In this document: in pieces, positions 10,308-23,408 of the stretch | How the letters are laid out: each line of letters starts with the position of its first letter | Position numbering within the stretch: position 1 is the stretch's first letter | DNA from: Clostridia bacterium | GTDB lineage: Bacteria > Bacillota > Clostridia > JAAYHZ01 | NCBI GenBank assembly: GCA_050950825.1 | Contig: JBMNIH010000009.1 | Span: 1 to 64,000, forward strand | DNA length: 64,000 nucleotides | Direction of reading: 5' to 3' | Notes under the pieces: model-generated | Database searches by the model: none | What the model was told of the DNA's origin: nothing | Seen by the model: only the letters and a program-made list of their open reading frames with translations | Made by a program: the position numbers and the translations under genes

Positions 10308-10817
10308 ATGAATAAATACTTGATTCCCGACAGAATGATACCGTCATTTGATATGCTGGATGTTGACGACTTAAAGGAAAGAAACATCGATACGATTCTT
10401 TTGGATATTGATAATACATTGGTAGGCCATAAATGCGTAAAGCCTACACCGAAAGTGAAAGAATGGATCCAAACCTTGCAAAAGGAAGGATTCAAAATCG
10501 GAGTTGTAAGTAATGCCAATCGAAGCCGAACGGAGATTTTTAGCAGGGATTTGGGGGTTGTATATATACACCGTGCGGCAAAGCCCGGAACCTCCGGAAT
10601 ACGAAAAGCCTTAAAGCTTTTGGAATCCGTTCCGGAACGTACGGCATTTGTGGGGGATCAGATTTTTACCGATATGTATGGATCCAACAAGGTCGGTTGT
10701 TATTCCATATTGGTAAAGCAGATCAGCAAAGACGAGTCTCTCTATTGCAAGTTTAAAAGAATACTTGAGCGGATGGTCCATCGAAAAATGCAAACGGAAT
10801 CCGACTTTAGAAAGTAA
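10308..10817 (+). CDS. yqeG: YqeG family HAD IIIA phosphatase
   Basis: DIDNTL, VSN, AAKP, VGDQIFTD motifs. Confidence 0.9.
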   Translation: MNKYLIPDRMIPSFDMLDVDDLKERNIDTILLDIDNTLVGHKCVKPTPKVKEWIQTLQKEGFKIGVVSNANRSRTEIFSRDLGVVYIHRAAKPGTSGIRKALKLLESVPERTAFVGDQIFTDMYGSNKVGCYSILVKQISKDESLYCKFKRILERMVHRKMQTESDFRK

Positions 10818-10881
10818 AACGACAACTAGGGATAAGCATCATTTTATACTTGATTATATTAGGACGGAGCTAAGATAGCAC

Positions 10882-12057
10882 ATGGGAAAGAGAAAGAATG
10901 CAAACAATAATGCCGCTCAGTCCGGTAAAAACGGCAGTGCGAAGAAAAAGATGAAGAAAAAAGGTATTAATAAGAACAAGCTTGCTTTAACCGTATCCTT
11001 CATCGTTTTGGTTTTCATTATCGGGGGTTTGTTTATACACGGGGAACTTATGAAATTTAACGAAGACGGTATCATTCCAATTGATTATGTCAAGGCGAAT
11101 GATACGAAAGAGCCGGTATCGGGGACGGAAGCCAAGGAGACCGACCCTAAATCTTCAACACAGGAAAATGAAGGAGATAATATTACCGGTAATGTTGATA
11201 ACAAACCGAAGGAAACCGCCAATAGCGAAACAAAGATCGAAGAGGTTCCCAAGGATCCCTATTACGAAATGGTGAACAACAGCAATCGAATCAATGTATT
11301 GTGTTTTGGGATTGCCGATTATCTTCTTGCCGATACGATCATGTTGGTCAGTCTTGATCCGGACAACTTGACGGCGGATGTAATTTCCGTTCCTAGAGAC
11401 ACCTTTTATCATACCAAGGGCAGAGACGAGCCCTACATGAAAAAGATAAATGCCTACTATTACGGTAACAATTCGGTGGAAAGAACCCAGAATATGATCA
11501 ATACCGTAAGCGCGTTGTTAAAGCTGCCGATTCATTATTACGTAAAAATCGAGTTTGACGGAGTCATCGCCATCGTGGATTGTATCGGAGGGGTTACGGT
11601 GGATATACCCTTCGATATGGATTACGACGACCCGGAAGCAAACCTGCATATACACTTTAAAGAAGGAAAGAATCAACTGCTGAACGGACAACAGTCTTTG
11701 GAATTTTTGAGATTCCGAATGAACAATGACGGTACCCGGTCCGACGGAGATATCGGACGAATCTATCGCCAACAGCAATTTTTGAAGACCGCTATAAAAA
11801 AAGCGTTGGGTTTGAACCTGTTGAGCGTTGTAAACGTGGCGCAAAACTATGTAAAAACCAATATGAAACCGGCGGAGATTGTCTCGATGGCAACAAAGTT
11901 TATGAGTATTCGCATGGAGGATGTAAGCTTCCATTTGCTGCCCGGATATCCCGACCAATTCGGAGGCGGTGATTACTGGGTATGCTCCGAAGAAAAAGCC
12001 AAAGAAATGATTACCCGCATTTACAAGGGTCTTGACAAGGAAGTAAATAGTAATTAA
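10882..12057 (+). CDS. LCP (LytR-CpsA-Psr) family cell-wall polymer transferase
   Basis: Basic N-terminus plus TM, ADTIML, SVPRDT, KINAYY, LRFR, DIGRIYRQQQF. Confidence 0.9.
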   Translation: MGKRKNANNNAAQSGKNGSAKKKMKKKGINKNKLALTVSFIVLVFIIGGLFIHGELMKFNEDGIIPIDYVKANDTKEPVSGTEAKETDPKSSTQENEGDNITGNVDNKPKETANSETKIEEVPKDPYYEMVNNSNRINVLCFGIADYLLADTIMLVSLDPDNLTADVISVPRDTFYHTKGRDEPYMKKINAYYYGNNSVERTQNMINTVSALLKLPIHYYVKIEFDGVIAIVDCIGGVTVDIPFDMDYDDPEANLHIHFKEGKNQLLNGQQSLEFLRFRMNNDGTRSDGDIGRIYRQQQFLKTAIKKALGLNLLSVVNVAQNYVKTNMKPAEIVSMATKFMSIRMEDVSFHLLPGYPDQFGGGDYWVCSEEKAKEMITRIYKGLDKEVNSN

Positions 12058-12292
12058 AATATGAAGGAATTGAATAGAGGAAAGACGAAAGGTACCTATT
12101 CATATATTCAAGCTTATTCGACGATATTATTATAGAACGGAACCTTAAAAAATCCGTAAATTTCGTCCTCGATTGTTTACAAAAAAATCGAGGATTTTTT
12201 GTATATTATGTATAATGGAAAAGGGTAAGCCGCACACCCGATTTTTTTCATAATATGTGCCGCAGGCGGCAGCGGCGGAATGGAGAATTATA

Positions 12293-13573
12293 ATGAAGAT
12301 AAACGCACCGAAAGGAACCAGAGACATTCTTCCGGAAGAGGTCTTCAAATGGCATTACGTGGAAGATGTTATTAAAGAAGTGTGCAATAACTTCAATTAC
12401 AATCAAATCCGTTTACCGGTATTTGAACATACCGAACTGTTTCAACGAGGAGTAGGAGATACAACCGACATCGTTCAAAAAGAGATGTACACCTTTGAAG
12501 ACAAGGGCGGCCGCAGCATTACCCTTCGCCCGGAAGGGACGGCAGGAGTCGTTCGCAGTTATATCGAGCACGGTATGTCTTCCCGAACATCGCCCGTGAA
12601 ATTGTATTATAACATCACCGCTTACCGATACGAAAACGTTCAAAAAGGAAGATATCGTGAATTTAACCAGTTCGGTGTGGAAGCCTTCGGATCCAATGAC
12701 CCGCTCATGGACGTAGAGGTCATTATGTTGATGGAAACCATATTGGAAAGATTAAGCTTAAAGGATGTGGCGTTAAAAATCAACAGCATCGGATGCCCCC
12801 TTTGCCGTAAAGAATACAATCAAATTTTGAAAGCGTATTTGGCAACTCGAATAGAGAAGATGTGCGAAAACTGCCGAAACCGCTTTGAAAAAAATCCCTT
12901 AAGGATTCTCGATTGCAAAGAAGAAAAATGCAAAGAGGAAATCAAGGAAGCTCCTCTTTTGGCGGATTACCTATGCAAGGATTGCCACGACCATTTTGAA
13001 GAAGTGAAAAAGGGCTTGGACGCTTGTCAAATCCCGTACGAAGTGGATAAAATGATAGTCAGAGGCTTGGACTATTACGTGAAAACCGTATTTGAATTCG
13101 TATCCGAAAACGTCGGTACCCAAGGTACTATCTGCGGCGGAGGCCGCTACAACGGCCTGGTGAAGCTTTGCGGCGGACCGGACGAGCCCGGTATCGGTTT
13201 TGCAATGGGAATGGAGCGCCTTATTATGGAGCTGGACAGCCGAAATTTCGTTTTTCCGGAACCCGAGCAATTAAAGCTTTTCATTGCCTCCGTAGGGAAC
13301 GAAACGAAGCATTTCGTATCTTCTTTAACTTACATGTTAAGAAGAAAAGGTATTAAATGCCAAAACGATGTTTCCGGACGTAGTTTAAAAGCCCAAATGA
13401 AATACGCGGACAAGATGAATGCCCGATATGTTTTGGTCATCGGAGATGAAGAGGTGGCTAAAAACGAGGGTTCTTTGAAGAATATGAAAACCGGCGAAAC
13501 GAAGACGGTTGCTTTGGACCGGCTGTACGAGGAATTGATACAGGAGGAGTGCAAAATATGTCAGAAAATTTAA
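12293..13573 (+). CDS. hisS: Histidine--tRNA ligase
   Basis: APKGTRDILP, LRPEGTAGVVR, RGLDYY, GGGRY, GFAMGMER. Confidence 0.97.
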   Translation: MKINAPKGTRDILPEEVFKWHYVEDVIKEVCNNFNYNQIRLPVFEHTELFQRGVGDTTDIVQKEMYTFEDKGGRSITLRPEGTAGVVRSYIEHGMSSRTSPVKLYYNITAYRYENVQKGRYREFNQFGVEAFGSNDPLMDVEVIMLMETILERLSLKDVALKINSIGCPLCRKEYNQILKAYLATRIEKMCENCRNRFEKNPLRILDCKEEKCKEEIKEAPLLADYLCKDCHDHFEEVKKGLDACQIPYEVDKMIVRGLDYYVKTVFEFVSENVGTQGTICGGGRYNGLVKLCGGPDEPGIGFAMGMERLIMELDSRNFVFPEPEQLKLFIASVGNETKHFVSSLTYMLRRKGIKCQNDVSGRSLKAQMKYADKMNARYVLVIGDEEVAKNEGSLKNMKTGETKTVALDRLYEELIQEECKICQKI

Positions 13574-15369
13574 CGGAAAACATGTCGGAAAATTTATACG
13601 GAATGAAAAGAACAGCTTATTGCGCAACGTTTACCGAAAATGACATCGGCAGGAGAGTAACGGTTATGGGTTGGGTACAAAAGTACCGTAATTTAGGCGG
13701 AGTGCTGTTTGTAGATTTAAGAGACAGGAGCGGTATACTCCAGTTAACTTTTCATTCCGAGCGCAATACGGCACTTTTTGAAAAAGCATCGCAAATAAGG
13801 AATGAATATGTAATTGCCGCAACCGGAGTTATTGCCGCCAGGGGACCGAAAGACATAAACAAGAATATGGTTACCGGTAAAATCGAGGTTTTATGCGACG
13901 AGCTTCGTATATTAAGTAAATCGGAAACCCCTCCCATTTACGTAGACGACCGTGCCAATACCAACGAAGCGGCACGTTTGAAATACCGCTATCTTGATTT
14001 GAGAAGACCGGAAATGCAGCAGGCCTTGTATATGAGGCACCGCATTGTTCAATCGGCGAGAGAGTTTCTCAATCAAAACGATTTTTTGGAAATCGAAACA
14101 CCCATATTGACCAAAAGTACACCGGAAGGAGCAAGAGACTATTTGGTTCCAAGCAGAGTCAATCCCGGAACCTATTACGCCTTGCCCCAGTCGCCTCAAA
14201 TATATAAGCAGCTTTTAATGGTATCCGGATTTGACCGTTATTATCAAATCGCACGCTGCTTTAGAGACGAAGACCTTCGAGCCGATCGTCAGCCGGAGTT
14301 TACCCAAATCGATATCGAAATGTCTTTTGTCAATACGGAAGACATTATGGAAGTAAACGAAAGGTTAATTGCGAAGATTTTCAAAGATATTCTCAATATC
14401 GAGATTCCGAGGCCTCTACCGCGCATGACCTACCAAGAAGCCATGGAACGGTTCGGTTCGGACAAGCCGAATATCGGATTCGGTATGGAGCTTGTGAATG
14501 TTTCGGACATTGCGGCGGCATGCGATTTTAAGGTTTTCCGTTCGGCTGTGGAAAACGGGGGAAGCGTTCGCTTAATCAATGCGAAAGGCTGTGCCGACAA
14601 ATTTTCCAGAAAGGAAATCGATGCTTTAGGAGAATTTGTGAAAACCTTTAACGCAAAAGGCTTGGCGTGGCTTGCCGTAGGAGAAGACCAACATAAGTCT
14701 TCCTTTGCCAAATTTTTAAAACCGGAAGAAACGGATGCTTTCATAAGAAAAGCCCAAGGAGAACCGGGGGACCTGTTGTTTTTCATCGCCGACTCCGACA
14801 ATACGGTCTTCGATGCTTTAGGAAACCTGAGACTGGAGGTTGCACGAAAGATCGGGATATTAGAGGATATAAAGGACCAATTCAACCTTTTGTGGGTTAC
14901 CGAGTTTCCTCTTCTTGAGTATGACGAAGAAGAAAAAAGATATGTGGCGAAGCACCATCCCTTTACTTCACCGATGGATGAGGATTTGCACCTTTTGGAC
15001 ACCGATCCATTAAAGGTTCGTGCAAAAGCCTACGACTTGGTTTTGAACGGAACGGAGTTAGGCGGAGGCAGTATTCGTATTCATCGTACCGAAATGCAAA
15101 ACAAGATGTTCGAGTTGTTGGGCTTTTCACAAGAAGAAGCGGAAAATCGATTCGGATTTTTGTTGGAAGCCTTCAAATACGGAACTCCGCCCCACGGCGG
15201 TATTGCTTTCGGCTTGGACCGTTTGGTCATGCTGCTGACCGGAAGAAAAAGCATTCGTGACGTTATTGCGTTCCCGAAAGTACAGAACGCTTCCTGCCTG
15301 ATGAGCGGCGCTCCGAGCAAGGTTGACCAAAAACAATTGGACGAATTGAAAATAAGAAATGTAGAATAA
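13558..15369 (+). CDS. aspS: Aspartate--tRNA ligase
   Basis: LKYRYLDLRR, STPEGARDYLVPSR, ALPQSPQ, FRDEDLRADRQPEFTQ, PPHGGIAFGLDR. Confidence 0.97.
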   Translation: MSENLTENMSENLYGMKRTAYCATFTENDIGRRVTVMGWVQKYRNLGGVLFVDLRDRSGILQLTFHSERNTALFEKASQIRNEYVIAATGVIAARGPKDINKNMVTGKIEVLCDELRILSKSETPPIYVDDRANTNEAARLKYRYLDLRRPEMQQALYMRHRIVQSAREFLNQNDFLEIETPILTKSTPEGARDYLVPSRVNPGTYYALPQSPQIYKQLLMVSGFDRYYQIARCFRDEDLRADRQPEFTQIDIEMSFVNTEDIMEVNERLIAKIFKDILNIEIPRPLPRMTYQEAMERFGSDKPNIGFGMELVNVSDIAAACDFKVFRSAVENGGSVRLINAKGCADKFSRKEIDALGEFVKTFNAKGLAWLAVGEDQHKSSFAKFLKPEETDAFIRKAQGEPGDLLFFIADSDNTVFDALGNLRLEVARKIGILEDIKDQFNLLWVTEFPLLEYDEEEKRYVAKHHPFTSPMDEDLHLLDTDPLKVRAKAYDLVLNGTELGGGSIRIHRTEMQNKMFELLGFSQEEAENRFGFLLEAFKYGTPPHGGIAFGLDRLVMLLTGRKSIRDVIAFPKVQNASCLMSGAPSKVDQKQLDELKIRNVE

Positions 15370-15404
15370 CCAAAAAAATTTAGGAAGGAATTCGGAGGGA
15401 TAGA

Positions 15405-17216
15405 ATGCCCGTTGATTATCAACGAAAAATAAGAAACTTTAGTATCATAGCTCACATTGATCACGGCAAATCCACACTGGCGGATCGATTGATTGAATTT
15501 ACCGGGGCTCTGGATAAACGTGAAATGCAAGAGCAGATATTGGATAATATGGATATAGAACGGGAAAGAGGCATTACCATTAAATCCAGATCCATACGGA
15601 TGAGCTATACTCACACGGACGGTGAAGAATATATATTAAACCTCATTGACACACCGGGGCATGTGGATTTTACGTATGAAGTGTCACGAAGCCTTGCCGC
15701 TTGCGAAGGCGCTCTGCTAGTGGTGGATGCGTCCCAAGGTATTGAAGCCCAAACATTGGCCAATGTATACCTTGCATTGGATAACAATCTGGAAGTGGTC
15801 CCGGTGATCAACAAGATTGATTTGGCAAGCGCGAATCCGGAACACGTAAAGAAAGAAATCGAGGATATCATCGGCTTGGATGCTTCGGAAGCTCCTTTGA
15901 TATCGGCTAAGCAAGGAATCAACATTCAGGACGTATTGAATGCGGTTATAAATAACGTACCGCCACCGAAGGGAGATCCGAACGGTCCCTTGCAAGCACT
16001 CATATTCGATTCATGGTACGATAGCTATAAAGGCGTTATGGTTTTGGTTCGAGTATTCGAAGGCACGTTAAAAGTCGGAGACCATATCCGTATGATGAAC
16101 ACCGAAAAAGAGTTTCAAGTGAACGAGTTGGGCTATTTAAAGGTATACGGCTTTGACAAATGCACCGAATTGAAAGCAGGAGAGGTAGGAATCTTTGCCG
16201 CCAGCATAAAAAATGTATCGGATACCCAAGTGGGAGACACCGTTACTTTGGTGAATAAACCGGCGGCAAAGCCTTTGGCCGGATATCGAAAATCGGTACC
16301 GGTGGTTTTCTGCGGTATTTATCCTGCAGACAGCGCTCGGTACGAAGATTTGAAGGATGCGTTGGGAAAACTAAAATTAAACGATGCTTCCTTCCACTAC
16401 GAGCCGGAGACCTCCGTGGCTTTGGGTTTCGGCTTCCGATGCGGATTTTTAGGTTTGCTTCATATGGAAATTATACAAGAGCGTATTGAAAGGGAGTTCG
16501 ATTTGGATATCGTAACTACCGCTCCCAGCGTTGTGTATAAGGTGCATACCACTTCCGGTAAAGTGATCAATATCGATAATCCGACCAATATGCCCGAAGT
16601 GTCTGCCATTGAAAAAATCGAAGAGCCTGTCGTAAAAGCTACCATCATCACTCCTCCGGAGTACGTAGGTGCCATTATGGAATTGTGCCAAGAAAGAAGA
16701 GGCGTCTACAAGAAGATGGAGTATATGGACGCTTCGCGAGCATCCTTGGAATACGAAATGCCTTTGAACGAGATCATCTATGACTTTTTCGATGCGCTAA
16801 AATCCAGAACCAAGGGCTATGCCTCTTACGATTATGAAATCTTGGAATACCGACCTTCCAAATTGGTGAAGCTGGACATTTTGTTAAACGGAGAGCCGGT
16901 GGATGCGTTGTCCTTTATTGTACATGAAGAAAAAGCGTATGCCAGAGGAAGAAGAATTGCGGAAAAATTGAAAGAGACGATTCCTCGTCATATGTTTGAA
17001 ATTCCCATACAAGCTTGTATCGGAGGAAAAATCATCGCTCGTGAAACCGTCAGCGCTTTGCGGAAGGATGTTTTGGCAAAATGCTATGGCGGCGACATCA
17101 CTCGTAAGAAGAAGCTGTTGGAAAAGCAAAAAGAAGGGAAAAAACGTATGCGTCAGGTTGGCAGTGTGGAAGTACCTCAAGAAGCCTTCATGAGCGTTTT
17201 GAAGCTGGATACATGA
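15405..17216 (+). CDS. lepA: Elongation factor 4 (LepA)
   Basis: [52 protein letters not shown]. Confidence 0.97.
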   Translation: MPVDYQRKIRNFSIIAHIDHGKSTLADRLIEFTGALDKREMQEQILDNMDIERERGITIKSRSIRMSYTHTDGEEYILNLIDTPGHVDFTYEVSRSLAACEGALLVVDASQGIEAQTLANVYLALDNNLEVVPVINKIDLASANPEHVKKEIEDIIGLDASEAPLISAKQGINIQDVLNAVINNVPPPKGDPNGPLQALIFDSWYDSYKGVMVLVRVFEGTLKVGDHIRMMNTEKEFQVNELGYLKVYGFDKCTELKAGEVGIFAASIKNVSDTQVGDTVTLVNKPAAKPLAGYRKSVPVVFCGIYPADSARYEDLKDALGKLKLNDASFHYEPETSVALGFGFRCGFLGLLHMEIIQERIEREFDLDIVTTAPSVVYKVHTTSGKVINIDNPTNMPEVSAIEKIEEPVVKATIITPPEYVGAIMELCQERRGVYKKMEYMDASRASLEYEMPLNEIIYDFFDALKSRTKGYASYDYEILEYRPSKLVKLDILLNGEPVDALSFIVHEEKAYARGRRIAEKLKETIPRHMFEIPIQACIGGKIIARETVSALRKDVLAKCYGGDITRKKKLLEKQKEGKKRMRQVGSVEVPQEAFMSVLKLDT

Positions 17217-18364
17217 TCACGAGATGCAATAGCGAGTCTTTATCCGTATACGTACATTTCCCCTTTTGCAAGAGGAAATGTACGTATTGTGATTTTGCCT
17301 CCTACGAAGGAATGGAACATCGCATTCCGACATACATGGAGGCTTTAAAAAAAGAAATTATAGAGAAATCGGCGGAGTTTGAAAAGCGAAAAATATACAC
17401 CGTCTACTTCGGCGGCGGAACCCCGACGTATCCGGACTCCGGATGGATTCAGAAGATAATGAATTTGTTAAAAGAATCCTTCGATTGTTCTTTCTGCGAA
17501 GAATCCACTTTAGAGGCAAATCCCGGAACGGTAACGCCCGAGAGCTTAAAGAAATATAAAGAAGCGGGATTCAACCGATTGAGCATAGGGCTTCAATCCG
17601 CCAATGATCGTGAGCTGGAAAAAGCGGGTCGAATTCACCGATACCGTGATTTTCTCGAATCTTATCAATACGCAAGAAATGCAGGTTTTACAAATATCAA
17701 CGTCGATCTCATTTTCGGATTTCCTTGGCAATCCTATCAAGATTGGAAGAATTCCGTCGATACCCTTGTCAGTTTGAATCCGGAGCATATATCCTGTTAC
17801 GATCTCATATTGGAAGAAGGAACGCCTTTGTTCAACCAAATACAAAAGGGCGAATATGTAATGATATCCGATTCCTTGAACCGTGAAATGTATTATTACG
17901 TCTGCGATACGTTGAAGAAAAACGGATACCGCCAATATGAAATATCCAATTTTGCAAAGCCGGGCTTTGAATCGAAGCATAACACGGTCTATTGGAAGAC
18001 CTTAGACTATATCGGATTCGGGGCCGGAGCATATTCTTTTGTAAACGGAATACGATACGGAAATACCGATGACATCGAAGAATATATCGGACGTATTAAA
18101 AAAGACGGTAATGCCGTAATCCAAAGGGAAGCTTTAAGCTTTGAAGACCGTATGAACGAATATGCCATGCTGGGCTTTCGGATGACGGATGGCATTGATA
18201 TGGAAGAATTCTTTTCTAAATTCGGCGTCCGTTTCTCGGAATATTATAACGAAAAAATTCTCATGTTAACAAAGGAAGGTTTCATCGAAATACAAGATAA
18301 AAAAGTACGCTTATCTCGAAAGGGATTGGATTTTGCGAACCTTGTTTTCATGGAATTTATTTGA
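17213..18364 (+). CDS. hemW: Radical SAM heme chaperone HemW
   Basis: [28 protein letters not shown], HNxxYW; conserved lepA-hemW-hrcA order. Confidence 0.9.
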   Translation: MITRCNSESLSVYVHFPFCKRKCTYCDFASYEGMEHRIPTYMEALKKEIIEKSAEFEKRKIYTVYFGGGTPTYPDSGWIQKIMNLLKESFDCSFCEESTLEANPGTVTPESLKKYKEAGFNRLSIGLQSANDRELEKAGRIHRYRDFLESYQYARNAGFTNINVDLIFGFPWQSYQDWKNSVDTLVSLNPEHISCYDLILEEGTPLFNQIQKGEYVMISDSLNREMYYYVCDTLKKNGYRQYEISNFAKPGFESKHNTVYWKTLDYIGFGAGAYSFVNGIRYGNTDDIEEYIGRIKKDGNAVIQREALSFEDRMNEYAMLGFRMTDGIDMEEFFSKFGVRFSEYYNEKILMLTKEGFIEIQDKKVRLSRKGLDFANLVFMEFI

Positions 18365-18372
18365 ATATATGC

Positions 18373-18401
18373 TTGACAAACAAACTTTTTGATGATATTT
18401 T
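18373..18401 (+). promoter_or_regulatory. Sigma-A promoter of the hrcA operon
   Basis: TTGACA-N17-TATTTT with TG extension; an alternative TATAAT lies at 18402-18407. Confidence 0.65.
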
Positions 18402-18408
18402 TATAATG

Positions 18409-18435
18409 TTAGCACTCAAACAACTAGAGTGCTAA
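18409..18435 (+). promoter_or_regulatory. CIRCE element (HrcA operator)
   Basis: Perfect TTAGCACTC-N9-GAGTGCTAA. Confidence 0.97.
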
Positions 18436-18453
18436 TGCCGGGAGGGTGTATTT

Positions 18454-19458
18454 ATGTTGGATGACCGTAAGCAAAGAATTTTGCAGGCCATCATTGATGA
18501 TTACATCGAAAGCGGTGAGCCTGTAGGATCCAAAACAGTGGCTCAAAAGTACGGAATAGGTTTAAGTTCTGCAACCATTCGTAACGAAATGACGGTTTTA
18601 GAAGAACAAGGATACATTACGCAGCCGCACACTTCGGCCGGGAGAATTCCTTCGGAGCGCGGTTTTCGCTTGTATATAGATGAATTGTTGTCGAAAAAGC
18701 CTATTTCGCCGGAAGATGCAAGACTTGTAAACAACATTTTGGATGACAGCATTAGCTCGGTAGAGGGTTTGCTGCAGAAGATTTCGTATATTTTATCGAA
18801 AGCATCCGGATACACTGTTTTTGGATGTGAAAAGCTAGGAAAGAGCATCGTATTGGATGCCGTAAAGATTGTAAAAGTCGATGAGCAGACGATTGCCGTA
18901 ATGATAATTGATAAAAGAAGCAGAGTGTATACGGAGTTGATTCGCATACGCGATATTGATTTTTATCTGCTCAACCGTTTATCGGAATATTTGACAAATA
19001 AGTATAACGGTAAATCGCTAAGGGATTTGGAAAAAGAAACTTTTTCCGAGTTCGAGTATCGTGATATCATTCGAGAAAAAGCCTTTTTAAAGGTTTTGTA
19101 CGCCATAAGAAACATGGAAATTAAAAACTTTAAACCGGACATCCACATTGAAGGCGCGACGAATATATTGAATTTTCCGGAATTTAAAGACATCATAGCG
19201 ATTAAAAGCATAATCAGCTTGATGAATGATAAGAATAAGCTAATGTCCATCTTGCTTTCGAGTTTATCGGAAAGCATTGAAATAAAAATCGGGTCCGAAC
19301 ACACGGTGGAAGGCATGGAAAATTTAAGCACCGTTTCCACCAGCTTTGAGGGAGGACTCAACGCTATTTTCTGCATTATGGGACCTATGCGGATGGAGTA
19401 CGGCAGAATCATCAGTATCATGTCGTATCTCAAGCAGAAAATACAAGACAACAACTAA
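18454..19458 (+). CDS. hrcA: Heat-inducible transcription repressor HrcA
   Basis: EPVGSK, SSATIRNEM, QPHTSAGRIPS, GPMRMEY. Confidence 0.95.
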   Translation: MLDDRKQRILQAIIDDYIESGEPVGSKTVAQKYGIGLSSATIRNEMTVLEEQGYITQPHTSAGRIPSERGFRLYIDELLSKKPISPEDARLVNNILDDSISSVEGLLQKISYILSKASGYTVFGCEKLGKSIVLDAVKIVKVDEQTIAVMIIDKRSRVYTELIRIRDIDFYLLNRLSEYLTNKYNGKSLRDLEKETFSEFEYRDIIREKAFLKVLYAIRNMEIKNFKPDIHIEGATNILNFPEFKDIIAIKSIISLMNDKNKLMSILLSSLSESIEIKIGSEHTVEGMENLSTVSTSFEGGLNAIFCIMGPMRMEYGRIISIMSYLKQKIQDNN

Positions 19459-19473
19459 AAGGGAAATGAAAGG

Positions 19474-20115
19474 ATGGATGATTTTTTGGAAGCTAAGGAG
19501 AATAATAAAAATAGGGAGACAACCGAGACAACCAATACGGATTCGACCGATAAGGTTCATAACGAGACTTTAGAGGATATGAAATGCAAAGAGGAATCAA
19601 CGGAATGCAAGGAAGCATGTACCGAAGAAGCTTCGATTTCGGAAAGTGAAAAATTGAAAGCCGAGTACGAGGAAAAATTAGCCAAAATGGCGGAAGAAAA
19701 CAAAACCTATTTGGATCATCTTCAGCGGTTAGCTGCGGAGTTCGATAACTATAAGAAACGAACGACAAAAGAAAAAGAAAGACTGTATCAAGATGCGGTA
19801 TGCGATACCGTATCCAAGCTTTTACCTGTAGTGGATAATTTTGAACGAGCTCTTGCGGCGATTGATACGGCGGATGAAAAATCTTTCCGTGAAGGAGTGA
19901 TTATGGTAGCAAAGCAGCTGGATAGCGTATTGGCAAATATCGGCGTGGAAAAAATCCAAGCTTTAGGTTGCAAATTCGATCCTAATGTTCATAATGCCGT
20001 TATGCACACACAGGATGACAATGTGGAAGAAAACACCATTGTGGAAGAGCTGCAGAGCGGATATAAATACAAGGACCAAGTTATTCGCCACAGCATGGTT
20101 AAAGTAGCAAATTGA
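19474..20115 (+). CDS. grpE: Nucleotide exchange factor GrpE
   Basis: RLAAEFDNYKKR, LLPVVDNFERA, FDPNVHNAV, VIRHSMVKVAN. Confidence 0.95.
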   Translation: MDDFLEAKENNKNRETTETTNTDSTDKVHNETLEDMKCKEESTECKEACTEEASISESEKLKAEYEEKLAKMAEENKTYLDHLQRLAAEFDNYKKRTTKEKERLYQDAVCDTVSKLLPVVDNFERALAAIDTADEKSFREGVIMVAKQLDSVLANIGVEKIQALGCKFDPNVHNAVMHTQDDNVEENTIVEELQSGYKYKDQVIRHSMVKVAN

Positions 20116-20129
20116 CTATTTTTTTTGGC

Positions 20130-20158
20130 TTGATAGTCAGGAATAGTCAAAGTAATAT
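20130..20158 (+). promoter_or_regulatory. Putative internal promoter with CtsR-like box upstream of dnaK
   Basis: TTGATA-N17-TAATAT; AGTCAGG-AAT-AGTCAAA at 20135-20151 fills the spacer. Confidence 0.45.
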
Positions 20159-20213
20159 AGAATATAGCATATAAAGTCGAATAAAATGGAAATGAAGGCT
20201 TATGAGAATATAG

Positions 20214-22055
<1,842 letters not shown>

Positions 22056-22080
22056 TTTTAGCAAACAGAATTCATAGAAG

Positions 22081-22132
22081 GAAAGAGAGAGTAAAGGCTT
22101 CGTCTTAACGAGTCTTTACTCGCTTTCTTTTC
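22081..22132 (+). terminator. Terminator after dnaK
   Basis: GAAAG..GAGTAAAG...CTTTACTC..CTTTCTTTT. Confidence 0.7.
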
Positions 22133-22180
22133 AAACGAGTTATGAAGGTTTCCCATAAAAAAGCCTTTATATGACGCGGC

Positions 22181-22210
22181 TTGCACCTTTAATCGACGTT
22201 GTGATATAAT
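22181..22210 (+). promoter_or_regulatory. Putative separate sigma-A promoter for dnaJ
   Basis: TTGCAC-N18-TATAAT with TG extension, downstream of the dnaK terminator. Confidence 0.55.
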
Positions 22211-22254
22211 AACTCGGATTTTGGAAATGTAATATCTGCGTAAGGAGTGGTCAT

Positions 22255-23373
22255 GTGGCAGAAAAAAGAGACTACTATGAGGTGCTTGAGGTCAGTAGAG
22301 ATGCTACTGATGAAGAAATAAAAAAAGCATATAAAAGATTAGCGAAAAAATATCACCCTGATGTAAATCCCGGTAATGAAGAAGCGGAATCGAAATTCAA
22401 GGAAATCAACGAAGCATACAGTGTTTTAAGCGATAAAAACGCAAGACAAAAATACGACATGTACGGTCATGCCGGACCGGACCAAACCTCGGGTTTCGGC
22501 GGTTTTGGCGATTTCGGATTTGGCGACATTTTTGATACGTTCTTCGGCGGTTCTACCTTTTACTCCAATGTTAGAAGAAAAGGTCCGCAAAAGGGTGCCG
22601 ATTTGCAATACTCATTGGAGCTTACTTTCGAAGAGGCGGCATTTGGAACGGAAAAAGAAATTTCAATCATGAAAGACACGGTATGCTCCTCCTGTAACGG
22701 AACCGGTGCAAAAGCCGGGACAAAGCCTTCAAGATGTAAGCACTGCAACGGTACCGGTCAAATCAATGTCCGTCAAAATACGCTTTTAGGGTCTTTCATG
22801 AGCGTTCGAACCTGTGACGTTTGCGAAGGAACCGGAGAAGTTATCGAGGATCCCTGTCCGGATTGCAATCAAGGGTTTGTTCGTAAAAAAACCAAAATCA
22901 ACATAAAAGTGCCTGCCGGCATTGATGATGGCCAGACCTTAACGCTTAGGGGGGAAGGTCAACCCGGAAGAAGAGGCGGCCCCTCCGGAGACTTGTACGT
23001 GGATATTCGAGTTAAACCTCATCCCGTATTCGAACGGCAAGGAAGCGACATCCATTATGAATTTCCGATTACCTTTGTTCAAGCCGCATTAGGTGCAGAA
23101 TTGACGCTTCCTACTTTGGAAGGATTCATTTCGTATAAATTACCGGAAGGTACCCAGTCCGAAACCGTTGTGCGGTTTAAAAATCACGGTATTAGGCATC
23201 TAAGAAGCGATTCGAGAGGGGATATGTACGTTCGTTTTTCCGTTGAGGTGCCTCGCAATCTGAATAATAAGCAAAAAGATTTACTGCGCGAATTTGAAAA
23301 GTTATGTGATAAAAAGAATAATAAAAAGCAATCCGGTTTTTTGGATAAGATAAAGGATGTATTTAAGCATTAA
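22255..23373 (+). CDS. dnaJ: Chaperone DnaJ
   Basis: J-domain with HPD, G/F region, four CxxCxGxG-type motifs. Confidence 0.97.
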   Translation: MAEKRDYYEVLEVSRDATDEEIKKAYKRLAKKYHPDVNPGNEEAESKFKEINEAYSVLSDKNARQKYDMYGHAGPDQTSGFGGFGDFGFGDIFDTFFGGSTFYSNVRRKGPQKGADLQYSLELTFEEAAFGTEKEISIMKDTVCSSCNGTGAKAGTKPSRCKHCNGTGQINVRQNTLLGSFMSVRTCDVCEGTGEVIEDPCPDCNQGFVRKKTKINIKVPAGIDDGQTLTLRGEGQPGRRGGPSGDLYVDIRVKPHPVFERQGSDIHYEFPITFVQAALGAELTLPTLEGFISYKLPEGTQSETVVRFKNHGIRHLRSDSRGDMYVRFSVEVPRNLNNKQKDLLREFEKLCDKKNNKKQSGFLDKIKDVFKH

Positions 23374-23408
23374 CGGATGAACCGGATCGTGAAAAGGGAA
23401 TTAATAAT

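Noticed and set aside
12170-12292. T-box leaders for hisS (also checked for glyQS, ilvE and asnA)
   Set aside because: The leaders are short or lack a T-box GGTGGNACC motif with a terminator.
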